A stretch of 62,614 nucleotides of DNA, filler included, from Rhabdomonas costata (lineage: Eukaryota): the NCBI GenBank assembly GCA_019059605.1. It is 32 parts of 32 records of this genome, joined end to end, with 100 filler letters (N's around TTAATTAATTAA, not from the genome) between each part and the next. Parts side by side here need not be neighbours in the genome. Positions count along the whole stretch, not along the records: positions 47,948 to 49,693 come from JAHMHO010009680.1; positions 49,794 to 51,539 come from JAHMHO010009681.1; positions 51,640 to 53,385 come from JAHMHO010009682.1; positions 53,486 to 55,232 come from JAHMHO010009683.1; positions 55,333 to 57,078 come from JAHMHO010009684.1; positions 57,179 to 58,922 come from JAHMHO010009685.1; positions 59,023 to 60,768 come from JAHMHO010009686.1; 25 more parts are not named here. The stretch is one strand, 5' to 3'. The notes below the pieces were generated by a model. It ran no database searches and had not been told where the DNA came from. It saw only the letters and a program-made list of their open reading frames with translations. Made by a program: the position numbers and the translations under genes. Positions 49,198 through 60,868 of this stretch are shown in pieces. How positions within the stretch are numbered: the stretch's first letter is position 1; each line of letters opens with the position of its first letter.

Positions 49198-52100
49198 GTT
49201 CTGGGGGAGGGGTGGCCTTTTTTGTTTGCCTCGCTTCAATGCGGCTAAACCGAGAACCGAGGATGATCCTTCTCCGTCACCCCGTTTCCGCTTTTAGTCC
49301 CGGAGACTTTGTTGAGATCTGAAGATCCATTTGGCGGACCCGTGTTGGATGGCTCTGAAATGGAAGTGGAATGGCAAAGAAGTTACACAAGATTTAGGGA
49401 TGAAGACCCAAATAGCACCCAAATGAACGAAGAAAACGGAGAAAAGATGTTGCGACGACCAATGTTTACGAAGAGTTAGGGTGACTTACACGACATATGA
49501 AATAAAAGGGGTTAAGAGACTGAGCGAAGTTTAGCTTTGGTGACCATAGTGTAGCTACAAATGAGACAGAAACCTGGCCTATTGCAGGATAGCTTCCCTT
49601 TCTCCGTGCTTTTGTCGCTGTGGCTTTCTCAGGTGGCAGCCCTGGCCTCGATGGTCGTGTGGGGTTAACACCCCAACCAAACACACCCACCACNNNNNNN
49701 NNNNNNNNNNNNNNNNNNNNNNNNNNNNNNNNNNNNNTTAATTAATTAANNNNNNNNNNNNNNNNNNNNNNNNNNNNNNNNNNNNNNNNNNNNGGTTTGG
49801 GTGATGACATGCCTTTTTTTTTATTTCGTTTTTTCGCCGCAAGGAATGAACCTCCTCAGAGGGATTGCAATTTTTGCTACCACCTACCGATTTTGCCTGG
49901 CAAGTGTGTTCTGCAGTGGTATGTGCCCGTCAGATTTTTCCCCTTTTCTAACAGAACGCCACGACAGATGCGGTGACGTCCCTGCTGGAAAGCTTGGGTC
50001 CTCCCCACCTGCTCTTCCCATTTTTTTCTTCCCTTCCCGCCATGGCAGAGGGAGGTTTTGTGGGGTTTTCGCTGAACACTGGCTTATGTAGAGGTTTAGT
50101 TTTCCATGAAAAGGTTTGACATCGTTTTTTCTTTCTAGTTTTTCTGTCCGGGCCTTTGGGGGCACGGCGGGGAACCACAGCGCCGGACTGACCCACCCAC
50201 GCACATTCTGCCTTCACAGCCCCTCCGCCCAGTGACCGCTTCGCAGGCAGCACCGACCTCCTTCCCGACGTCTCGCCCAACCTCAAGCATAAGCAGGTCT
50301 TTCTTCAATGACTGAACATGAACAAGTGATACATATTGCGTGCCCTTCTCTCCGTCTGACGGCCCATGCTTACTCTCACTCGGAAAGGTACAGGATCTGG
50401 TCAGATTGGTAGTGGGGTTGGGTGTGTTGGTTTTGTGGTGCGTTAAGCAGTAAAGCTCCGATGCAAGAACTTATTTGCCGCAGCGGGTGATATGAATGGA
50501 GGGCAAATGCCCCAGACACCCACCAGTGCAATGCTTCGCTTTGATAAGCATCACCAAATAGAAAGGTAGGACCGAAAACCACATCCCAGGAAACGTTCTC
50601 GCCTTAACGAACCCCCAGAATAACACTGTTCAAGTGGTCCCTCTTTTTCTCTGAAGTCCGACTAGAAATAGGCTCGCGCTCTACGGGCTACGTCCCCACC
50701 CTCTGCACTCGCTCTGCTTGCTTTGATTTGATGGGCGCGATCCGTAACGGTACTCTCGCCCTTTCGCTCAGCAGTGGCGACAACAAAAGCTGAAAAAAAA
50801 AGTGACCCGGAGGGAGACCCCAATGATGGGTTCTCCATTTTGTGGAACCTGAAACGAGCTCCAACAAAGAATATTATCCAATCGGAAGGATCCGGCTTCA
50901 CGGATTAACAACCCCCCTCAAAAAAAGAGAAACCAATCCACCGGAGCTAACCGAATTCATAACCGAAGCAAGAGTCGGAGAGTCAGTGCCTCACCCTGGG
51001 AAGAGAATGAGCTCCCATCCAAGAGATTTCCTAGCCCGGGACCCATTCAACCCACGTTGTCCTCACCATCACGCTTCGACGTTTCATCGCTTCACGTTGC
51101 CATCTTTTCATTCTCAACCATTATATCTGTGCCTTCCTTCTTCGAACGGACCGCGGGAGGAGGGGGGGCTTTTAGAACAAGGCGCGATTCCGGCAGTCCC
51201 GCCGTGCGGGCTTTCCGGAGTCCTGGGATCAGCAGATTGCAGAGCATGCCGCACGGGTGCTCACCGAGGAGGTCTGCAGGGTCCCCCGTTGCCCTTTCGT
51301 AACGCCGCGCTCCGTTTGTTTTCCCATTCGCAACCTTTGCATCTCTCTCTTTCTCTCTCCGTTTTTATTGACCCACCGCTGTCTTCAAGCTCGGAGCAAG
51401 GGCAAGACAGTGAGAGCACCCAGGCTGCGGCCGTCTCGGACTTGGACACCTTTTCTTTCCCCTCTTCTTTCCCGTTTTTCCCCTTCTCCTCTCCCCGTCT
51501 TTTTCTTTCGCGCACAAATATAAGACATCGAAGCCGGGTNNNNNNNNNNNNNNNNNNNNNNNNNNNNNNNNNNNNNNNNNNNNTTAATTAATTAANNNNN
51601 NNNNNNNNNNNNNNNNNNNNNNNNNNNNNNNNNNNNNNNCTGCGGGGAGTGCTCCTCGAGGTTCTTGGCGGGCTGCAGGGGGTGCTTCTGGGGGGGCGTG
51701 TGGCGAGCCCTAAGAAGCTGTGGTGGGCCCCGTGGCGCAAGAAGGGATGGCTGAGGAAGCTGCCGCGCCGGCCCCTGCCCCTGGTGGTGCTTGGGGTGGC
51801 CTTGATGCTGCTCATTCTGTGGATCCTTTTGTGCGTGCACCCACCCCCTCCAGCCCGCTCCACGGCCTCTCTCTGGCTTTCCTCCTTGACTTAGGGACAA
51901 TCGTGTCTGTTTGTTCGCGATTGTGTCTGTTTGTGCGATGAAGAGACGGAAAAGAAACACACACACATGATGGAAAGAAAAGCTGCCCGACTCGTCCAGT
52001 CCAGCTTCTGCTAACGTCCACATCAATTCAATGGGTCATCGTCGACATGTTGCATCAGCCGCAGTTTGTCCACCGATTGCGTCGGTCCTTTGGTCCTTTG

Positions 52101-53064
52101 ACCTGCAGACGCACGCACGTGCTATCTCATTCACTCTTTGCCGGTGCTTTGTGCTTCTCTGCCACCCTCGCTTGCCCTTTGTTCTTCCGCAGCACGCCGA
52201 GGCGCCACCGAGCCTCAACGCGAAAGCCTTCCGGACCGGAGGTATGCGCGCGACTCAGCTTAACTTGTCCCAACCTTTGGGTATCGAATGGTCCTTCGGC
52301 TTTTGAATATTGCTGGGATCCGAAACCGGGTGTGCAACCACTGTGTTTGGCAACCGCAGCAGGGATACACCGGCACTCAGGTCAGTCGGGAAGGGCTGGA
52401 GCTGTCCGGGGAGTGTCGAGCCCTCTTCTCCGATGAGAAGCTCTTGGTGGGTTTCGTACATCTCTAGCGGAACCAAGCTCTGAGGACCCCTTCCCTACAT
52501 TATTAGATTACCTCCTCAATTTCCTTTATCTACTACACGGACGCTGGTAACACCTGAGTAATGGTTTTGGGTGTATGAGAGTGTGAATTTTGGTGTGGCA
52601 TGTACTTTGATCCACGTCACGCTCAAAGGATGATCTCCAGGGACAAACCTTCAAGTGAATGAGTGATGAGCACCAAATCAACCGACGGCGCCCCAAAGTA
52701 GTACAGCCTGTTTCGGTATCATAAAAAAGCGCCACAAAGCAGCTTTTTTGCCATGTCTCTCTCGCCCACTTACTTGCACATCTGTTTATGTACACTTTGC
52801 ACATGGCTGGTGCACACCGTAACTGGCAAAGCTGGGAGACTGAGTCTCGGAAGGAAGTTGGACTGTACAAACAAAACAAGGGCACTGGGAAGAGGGAAGT
52901 TTGAGCTCAGTAGGTCGTTTAACCCGCCGAGCGTGGGTTCCAAGCCGAACACCGGACAGTCATGGGCGAGGTCAACTGATGAAGAGCTGCCTTTACTACA
53001 GGCCAAACACAGCCCATCTGCCTCGATCACGAGGAATTCTTCTCTCTTACACTTACATTTTCAG

Positions 53065-53277
53065 GCGCGGGCTGTCCCCGGGTTGGAGGTCAGCCCTCCC
53101 TCCTCGGCCTCGGTGGGTGCCTCGGGCTCCGCGGCGGGGCCGCCTAGCCTCCCCCCTGAGTTGGCGCAGCGGATCGACGAGCTAGAGGACTACGGGCGGC
53201 ACACCGAGCTCGCGGCGTACTTTGCAGAGCTACAGCGCACCCATGCCCCGCTGTTCCAGAGCCACTGCCCAGAGCTG
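53065..53277 (+). CDS. Hypothetical protein exon
   Basis: ttttcAG|GCG...CTG|GTACG boundaries with GC3-rich codons (…ELAQRIDELEDYGRHTELAAYFAELQR…). Confidence 0.45.
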
Positions 53278-55508
53278 GTACGTTGTGCCACAAACTCTTG
53301 TGGGGAATAAGCTGTTTCCTTCCTTGGGATAACCTTTCACTGAAACGCGGTCTTTCCAATGAAGGCTTCTTCTTTCGGCCGTTTGNNNNNNNNNNNNNNN
53401 NNNNNNNNNNNNNNNNNNNNNNNNNNNNNTTAATTAATTAANNNNNNNNNNNNNNNNNNNNNNNNNNNNNNNNNNNNNNNNNNNNTTGTTTTGGGGCCCG
53501 TCATTCCAGAAACAAAGCCTGGGGGTGAGTGGCCAGAGGAAGGAGAAGGGAAAGTGGTTGGGATCTGACTGTGTGCTGGAGTTGCTTCCAGGTTAGCTTC
53601 CACCACACATTTTCATCGGGCAGCCACGAGCCCAAAGCTGAACTAAATGCTCGAGTTGGCTGCGCAGGCTGCACGTCCGAGGAATTTGGAGTGAGTGAGG
53701 ACACAAGTAGTATAGCGGGTAGATGCTCAAAGAGGAAGAAAGGGAGTCCACCGGCTCTTCGCGCAGAGCATGGTGGATCCCCTCCCACAGCTGCGCCCTA
53801 AGCGAGTGCGGAAGCTGCGCCAACCACGGTAGCAGCCCATCGTGGGGCTGCAAGAGGCGCCTGGAGGCTACCAGCGCACCTCGCAGCGGAGAGGAGGAAG
53901 CCTCCCGCTCCCTCCACGAGAGCCACCGGACAGCGCCGGGCCGCACCAGGGCCGCCACGGAGAGCCTGGCCACCGTCACCCATACCCACACCCACAAACG
54001 CACCCCGGGTAGCCTTCGATGCATACCTTAGATATGTGTACCACCCTTTATACGTAAACACGGCTGGACCACGTGTCCGGGGGAAGACACGTGTGTCGCT
54101 CAGAATCGCAAATTCGTCTGTTGTTTTGGATGCATTGTTTGATATGTCTTGGGCCGATGTGGGACTGGAGAACAGCGGAGAGGCCGAAACTAAAGGAGCA
54201 GGCCATGTCCAATCATGCCAATCAACCTAGTTTCAGCGAGGTTCTTCCTACATCCAGGATTTGCTTGGCTGCCTGCTGCGCGCACGCACGCACAAAGCAT
54301 AGAGGGAGAGAGGAAGGGAGGAAGGGAGGGAGAGGGAGGGTAAGTTGTAAGTTACCGCGAGCCGCGGGAAGCAGCTGCCAGGGCACCCCTCTGCATCGTA
54401 TTAGGAGCAAACACCACTTCGGATGCTCACCCTCCCGAAAGCACCCCTTTTGAACAGGACGCAAGCCGAGAAAAAAACCCGGAACAACAGGCAGGAAAAA
54501 AACTGAGCCAGCGAGTGATCGAGCGAGACAGCTGACCCCACACCACACCACACTACTACACCGGTAAACAGACATTGTCCGGTTTATTCCAGTAAACCGC
54601 ATCGCACGCCAGGACAGCATCACTGACATGGGAAACGCTGCGGCCACTTACGTTGGTGCAGGCACGATTTCGAACTGGGGCACCTGCCACGGTCGTGTGG
54701 CCAACCATGATCGATCCAGCACAGTCGGGGTCTGTTAGGCAGCTCTGGGGATGAGGTTCTGAAGACCCATACTTGAGTGAAAGTAGGAGATGCAGCACTG
54801 CACATCTGCTGTGGTGAAAAACCACACCCCGCAGCCAGAACATCAGTATCACTTTGGCTTTTGGCTCGGTGGAAAAGAGTACTACAAGAGAAGTAGAGAA
54901 GAGTGACCACTGAGAGGATCATCCTGGAGGAGCACAGAGAGCCGGAAAGGAAATCCGCACACAGGTGCGGACAAAGATACAATGGCAGACAGAGAGAGAG
55001 TATATGTGGAAAGAATCAAGAGGAGATCTACGCGACTGACTGCCGGGCGGTGAAAGCTGAAAGCAGAGGATGGATTCCAGAGCTGGAACTGACCGCGGAG
55101 GAAGCAGCGCCATCGGTGAGCAGGAGGTTTCGCAAAGGCACAGGCAGAACCGGTAGCCCTTGGGAGAGACGCGGAGGAGGGGGGGACGTGCCCACACAAT
55201 ACACGATGCTATCCCAAGTCAAAAACTTGAACNNNNNNNNNNNNNNNNNNNNNNNNNNNNNNNNNNNNNNNNNNNNTTAATTAATTAANNNNNNNNNNNN
55301 NNNNNNNNNNNNNNNNNNNNNNNNNNNNNNNNTTGTTGTGGTCTCACATAAATATAAGCCACTGCCAGCGGGGAAAACTATGGCCTGCGACGGAAAAGGG
55401 AAAAAACCTTTCGGACCACGGGTGGACCGTAGGTTAGGGCATGCCCTGGGGTGCAGCCCGCTGCACATTTCGCCGGAACCGAGGCAGTGGAGAAGGACTG
55501 TCACGTAC

Positions 55509-55997
55509 CCAGCAGGGCTTCCCGGCTGAGGGACGGGACGAAGACCCTCGGCGACTGGCAGGCCAGGCTGCAGGCCAGGCCGTGGGCTGCGCTGCAGCAG
55601 ACGAGGCCCAGGGAACCGCCTCCACACCATAGGGATCGTTCCTCGGAAAGACCGAGAGCGACGGCTCGGCGCAGCCAATCTCCCGAAGAGACCGGGGGAG
55701 GATGTTGTAGTTGTCCCACGTGCGGCCCATATCGTCCACTCTGCGGGTGAACTTAAAGTCAAAGGCGATGGTGCTTCCAGGCTGGAACTGCAGAGGGGCC
55801 TCCACAGGCCGGAACAGCGCGTACTCCAGGTTGTCGTCCAGGCGATACTTGTGGATGGCCATGCTCTTGCCCTTGCTTTTTACAAAGACCTCACGCCGTG
55901 ATGCACCCTGGACCTGGCCCTGCTTGAAGGGCATTGCCCGGAGAACGGACCGAATAAACATCCCTTTGGGGAGTAAAGGATGGAGGTGCAACGACAC
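55509..55997 (-). CDS. Hypothetical protein exon
   Basis: ttttttctcccAG acceptor, TGG|GTACGT donor and a 163-codon GC3-rich open frame. No family recognised. Confidence 0.55.
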
Positions 55998-58637
55998 CTG
56001 GGAGAAAAAAAACACCAACGAAACGTGGATGTTATGTGGTGTCCACAGAAAGTTTACTCACAGAAATACACGATACGAGAGTGGGGGGATACAACTTATT
56101 GCTCCACTGCGCGAATGCCTTGGGAGGGGCAAAAAGGGAGAGAATGTGTGATGCCTGTTGAGCACTCTGAGTTACACGTTTCATTCGTCATTCCTGATTA
56201 GCCCTTGTTAAAGGTTGAGCAATTTTTACCCCCACCGAAGCAGTTTAACGAGGACCTCAAACAGCCCACTCTCCGTTACACGTTCAAACCGTGTCTGGTA
56301 AAGAAATGGCAATGATACGCTGGACTATGAACCAAACGAGCATCAGAAGTGCGGCAGAAATCAAGCAGCATTCAGGGACATCCATGCAGCAGTGTCTTCA
56401 TTGGAGCACCGAAACAATCCGCAGTACAAACACTCGACTCGGAGACCGATCTAAAATAAAAAGAAGGAAAGCAGTCCAAGCCAGCCGAATGGTGTCGGAG
56501 CAGTTACAGGAAACAACACATTCCACTGGGAGAAACCCCAGCAGAGAAGAGGGCAGAACACGCGTGTAGAGAGTACAAGCCGGGGCAAATTCGACCCTCA
56601 GGAAGGGAAGATCACAGTCACTGGTGGTTATTTTAACGGACTGAAATGCTCCTGGTTTCGTGTTGTTTGCGCCCTCAAAAAGTCTTGAGTTTTTGCCAGT
56701 TTGGATTATGTGGTGTTATAAAAATGTGGTGTTAAGTTTGGTCTTGTTTCGTGTTCCGGCATTAGGAAAAAGTCTCCCTCCAGCAACGATTCCTTCGATG
56801 CCATTTTCCGTTGCGGTCTTCCCTCCACTTCCCATAGCCCCACCCCTCTTCCCACCTGCTCTGCTCCCTCCCTCTTCTTCATCTTGTCGTCTTTTCTCAA
56901 GTTTCCATTTTCACCCGCTCGATGTAGGCCCATTACATTTATTACTTGTCTTGGTGTAAAATCGCTTGTTTTCAGGGTATTTGTTGCTTCTGTTCCCACC
57001 CCGCCCACTTTTCCACACCACCCCCACCACTCTTCATTTGCATTGGTGCTGCTTTGTACCCGGCATTCCTGATGCACTNNNNNNNNNNNNNNNNNNNNNN
57101 NNNNNNNNNNNNNNNNNNNNNNTTAATTAATTAANNNNNNNNNNNNNNNNNNNNNNNNNNNNNNNNNNNNNNNNNNNNGGGTTGGTGTTGCCTGCAGGCC
57201 ATCGCGGCGTCCTCCCCTGCAGGCAACACCAGGCCCCACCCCTGGGCGTGTCTATGGGTGGGTACCCCAATCCGTGCCATTGCCTCTGCGTGCAACCGTG
57301 CAACCCAAGGGTGGCGTGCGCCGTGCAACCGCGAGGGGAAGGCACAGGCTGCAGGCAGGCGTACCAGCGCAGGACAGCTCCAGCCGAGGGCACCGCAGCG
57401 TCGCCTTGGCCACCCCAGGGATCGCCCCCACAACCGCAGCGACCTTCTCCTCCGTCAGCTGTGCGTGGGTCCCAAATGAGCACACTGCAGAAGGCCTCCA
57501 AAGGCACCCATGTATCCCCAATCACCGGCAGCGCCCCATGTGTGCCAAAAACCCGTCTTGCATTTGTGTCCAGCCATCAGAGTGCGAGCGGCCCATCCTA
57601 TTCCGCTTCGGGCAAGGCGAGCCGGCTCACCCAAAAGGGAGCCATGGACAGCTTACTCGTGACGGGAATACGGAAGAGAAGGGGAGGCGCCATCTGAGGT
57701 ATTCCCCCCCAAATCCCTGCGCCCAGGGAGCTTACTCAAAGCAGGGTCCGGCGCAGTTCGAAACAGAAAACCGCCATCCGTACACATGCAACTGAGAAAA
57801 AAAACAACGGCCAAGGAAACATACGGTAGAGCACAACTCCGCGGGAAGCTCAACCTGAGAGAAAGAGAGAGCGAGAGAAAGAGATGGAGGCAGGCGCGCG
57901 CAAGGATACACACACGCACACGCACAAAACTGTATGGGGTGAAACATCGCGAGAACGCTCTTTTATTCGGTCGGATTTCCCGCCCTCCCAAACGGGAACA
58001 TTCGTAGGCTTGGATTGGTGTGACCGTTACTTTTGAACATCCCGACACCAAACAACCTCTCATCGTTCAAAGAGTTCACCCGTAGACCCTACGCTCCCCA
58101 GACGGCCGCCGTCAACCTGCGCGCACCTTCTCAACACCCTTGTGAGTACGGCGCACCTTGTCACCTCCCCGATCCTCGAAAAGACAGAGATGGCAGACCC
58201 TGCTCCACAAGCAACAAAACACAAGGAGAGAAGAACAGCCAGGAAGGCCATGGGTATACCACCACGGGAGCCTCCGCCTGCGCCTGGGCCTCCGCCTGGG
58301 GCTGGGCCTGAGCCGCGGGCTGGGGATGCTCGGAGTGTCCTGTGCACCCACAAAAGCGCAAGGTGTGGATGGGTATGCACGTGCGTGTGTACATCAGAGA
58401 GAGAGAGAGAGGGTGCGGGTGAATGGGACTTTGGGCGAGCAGTGAACCGTGGCGGCCCCATGTTAAAAAGACAGCCGACGTGCTGCACTTCTTTGTGGAG
58501 GGTCAGCCACAAAGCATTGTAGCATTTCAAAAGCACTAGAAGCGCGGCGCCAGCGGCGGAGGACAAGGAGGAGCAGCAGGAAGAGGAGGAGGGAGGGAGG
58601 GAAGGAGGAAGGGAGCGGGCGGCGAGCGCGCCCGAAC

Positions 58638-58922
58638 CAGAGATCAGGCACTGCGGGGTGGCCACCGGGGTGCCCGCGGGCGGGGTCAGCGTGGTGGTGA
58701 TCCAGGGGTTGGGCACAATCCACGGCCGCGGGCTCAGCTGCGGCGTGGTGAAGGTGGCGTAGAACACGTACGGGCCGTCCGTCACCACAAGGCTGGTGCA
58801 CCACCCCTGCGCCGTCGTCCCCGTCACCAGGCCCTTGTTGAAGTACATGTACCGCACCTCACTGGGGAGGGCCGTGGGGCTGGGCATGTACTTGTACACC
58901 GGCAGCCCGTAGGCCTGGTACT
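58638..58922 (-). CDS. Hypothetical (probably extracellular) protein exon
   Basis: Very high GC3 open frame from the contig end (YQAYGLPVYKYMPSP…QGWCTSLVVTDGPY…) to a G|GT donor. Confidence 0.55.
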
Positions 58923-59479
58923 NNNNNNNNNNNNNNNNNNNNNNNNNNNNNNNNNNNNNNNNNNNNTTAATTAATTAANNNNNNNNNNNNNNNNNNNNNN
59001 NNNNNNNNNNNNNNNNNNNNNNGGGTGGGGGGTGGGCACTACCATCCACACACGCTGTCATGTTGCATGCATACACACGGCCATCCTCAGCTCCTTCCAC
59101 CCTATCCCCATATCACCCGCCGGGGCACGGCCTTCCTCCTCCAGACCAGACTCCCTACAGCTTCCACCCTCCTTCTGGCCGCCTAATACCGCCACCGCCA
59201 CCCAATACGCAACCCAATACTCAAAACCGTTATTGTGGTGCTTTCTAGAACCCAACCTGAATGGCATCCTGAAAATCGCCAAACGCACGCATGATCGCAC
59301 GCGACGCTTTCCATCTTCATTATCAGGTTGTGCGCTTTCTAACCAACGCCATGTGATTAATGGGGCACTTCTATTTAGAGTGCCGCCGCATCAGAGGAAG
59401 CAGAAGCAGCAGCATCACAACCTCTCAAAACACACACCGTAACTTTACTGGTGAGCTCTGGCGCTTTCCAAGGAAGAAG

Positions 59480-59970
59480 ACGCCATCTGGGACAAGCTGA
59501 GATTGATTTTACCCACGGTCCTTGCCGTGAGTGGCAGCCAGCGTTCAGAAGTGTGCACAGGTATCGTCGAGTATCAAGACGTGGATTTCCAATCCATGAC
59601 CACAGGTCATTCTCTCAAGAACGCAATTGTCTTGGGATCGGACGCCATACACAAAGTAAAGCAAGACCATACCAGAAGCGGGCAGAACGGACTATGGGCT
59701 CGGATGTTGACAGAGGCTTCCTCAAAGCTTTCGGGATTCGAGCTAGTAGAGCATTCAATCCGTCTTCGGCAGCACCAGCTGAGTCTCCGCGTCCCGCAGA
59801 ACAGAGATAAGACAGAGTCTCTGAAGACCACTTTGCGATTCACCATGAGGCAGAGGCCCCACCAGAGCACAGAGACTTCCTTAATAGCCGTCCTGAAATA
59901 CCCAGGAGTTCTTCAAGTCGCGAATTGTTCCAACACAACCCTGGAACAGCTCCAATACCTCCAAAACTAA
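59480..59970 (+). pseudogene. Possible decayed tyrosine-recombinase-like ORF
   Basis: LAVSGSQRSEVC…YQDVDF resembles box I (L..TG.R.SE…DIDF) and HSIR resembles H-x-x-R. The catalytic Tyr was not found. The region has no intron structure and is disrupted by stops. Confidence 0.3.
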
Positions 59971-60868
59971 ATCAAATCTACTCCCATGCAATTCTGGAAG
60001 CGGATGAGCATTTGGTTTTCTTGCTTGATGAAAGGGCTCTACATGGAATGGTGGTAGTCTGAAAGCGCTGGTACCAACAAAAAATGGCCAGGTATCTTGG
60101 ACAATAAGGTCGATTCATGCGAGACAATAACACTGGAGGACTTGGAGTGCAAGGCAATCGACTTCAACTCAAACTGTGGGATTCCGCACTGGGGTTGTTG
60201 TTGTGTGCAACTACGGCACGTGGAAGCCGACAAAGATCCTACTTATTGCTGGAACCAGATCAAAACCAGCCCAGCCAGGCAAAGAGCTCAGCCATGGCCC
60301 ACACCGGAAAACGCTATTTGAAACCCACAAAACCCTTGTTTTGTTGCATACAGTTGAGAAAATCATCAAGGAAAAGGACATGCAGCGCCAAGGAAATAAG
60401 GTTATCAAAGAGTTGTTGTGAATAGACAGTGTCGGAGCGTTGACGCAAATAGTGAGAACCTCAAAGGATAAAGTCCTCGAGCATTGGCAGAAGAAAGCGG
60501 CCTTCTGCACCATGTAAACATCCTTTTCTTTCACAGCGATGATCAACAACGTTAAGGAATACATTCGGGAAGCATGTGAGCACAATCAGGCCGTAAACCA
60601 TCCACTGAAAGTGGAAGGTGAACCGCCTCATCAGCTCCGGTTGAGCGCGTGCGGTTTTCTCTGGGATTTCTCTGGGATTGGTTTCACATAGGAGAGTGTT
60701 GGAGACTTTTTCGCGTTTCTGGTGACCAACAACTACACATACAACGGAGGTCTGATACACCCCCCAACNNNNNNNNNNNNNNNNNNNNNNNNNNNNNNNN
60801 NNNNNNNNNNNNTTAATTAATTAANNNNNNNNNNNNNNNNNNNNNNNNNNNNNNNNNNNNNNNNNNNN

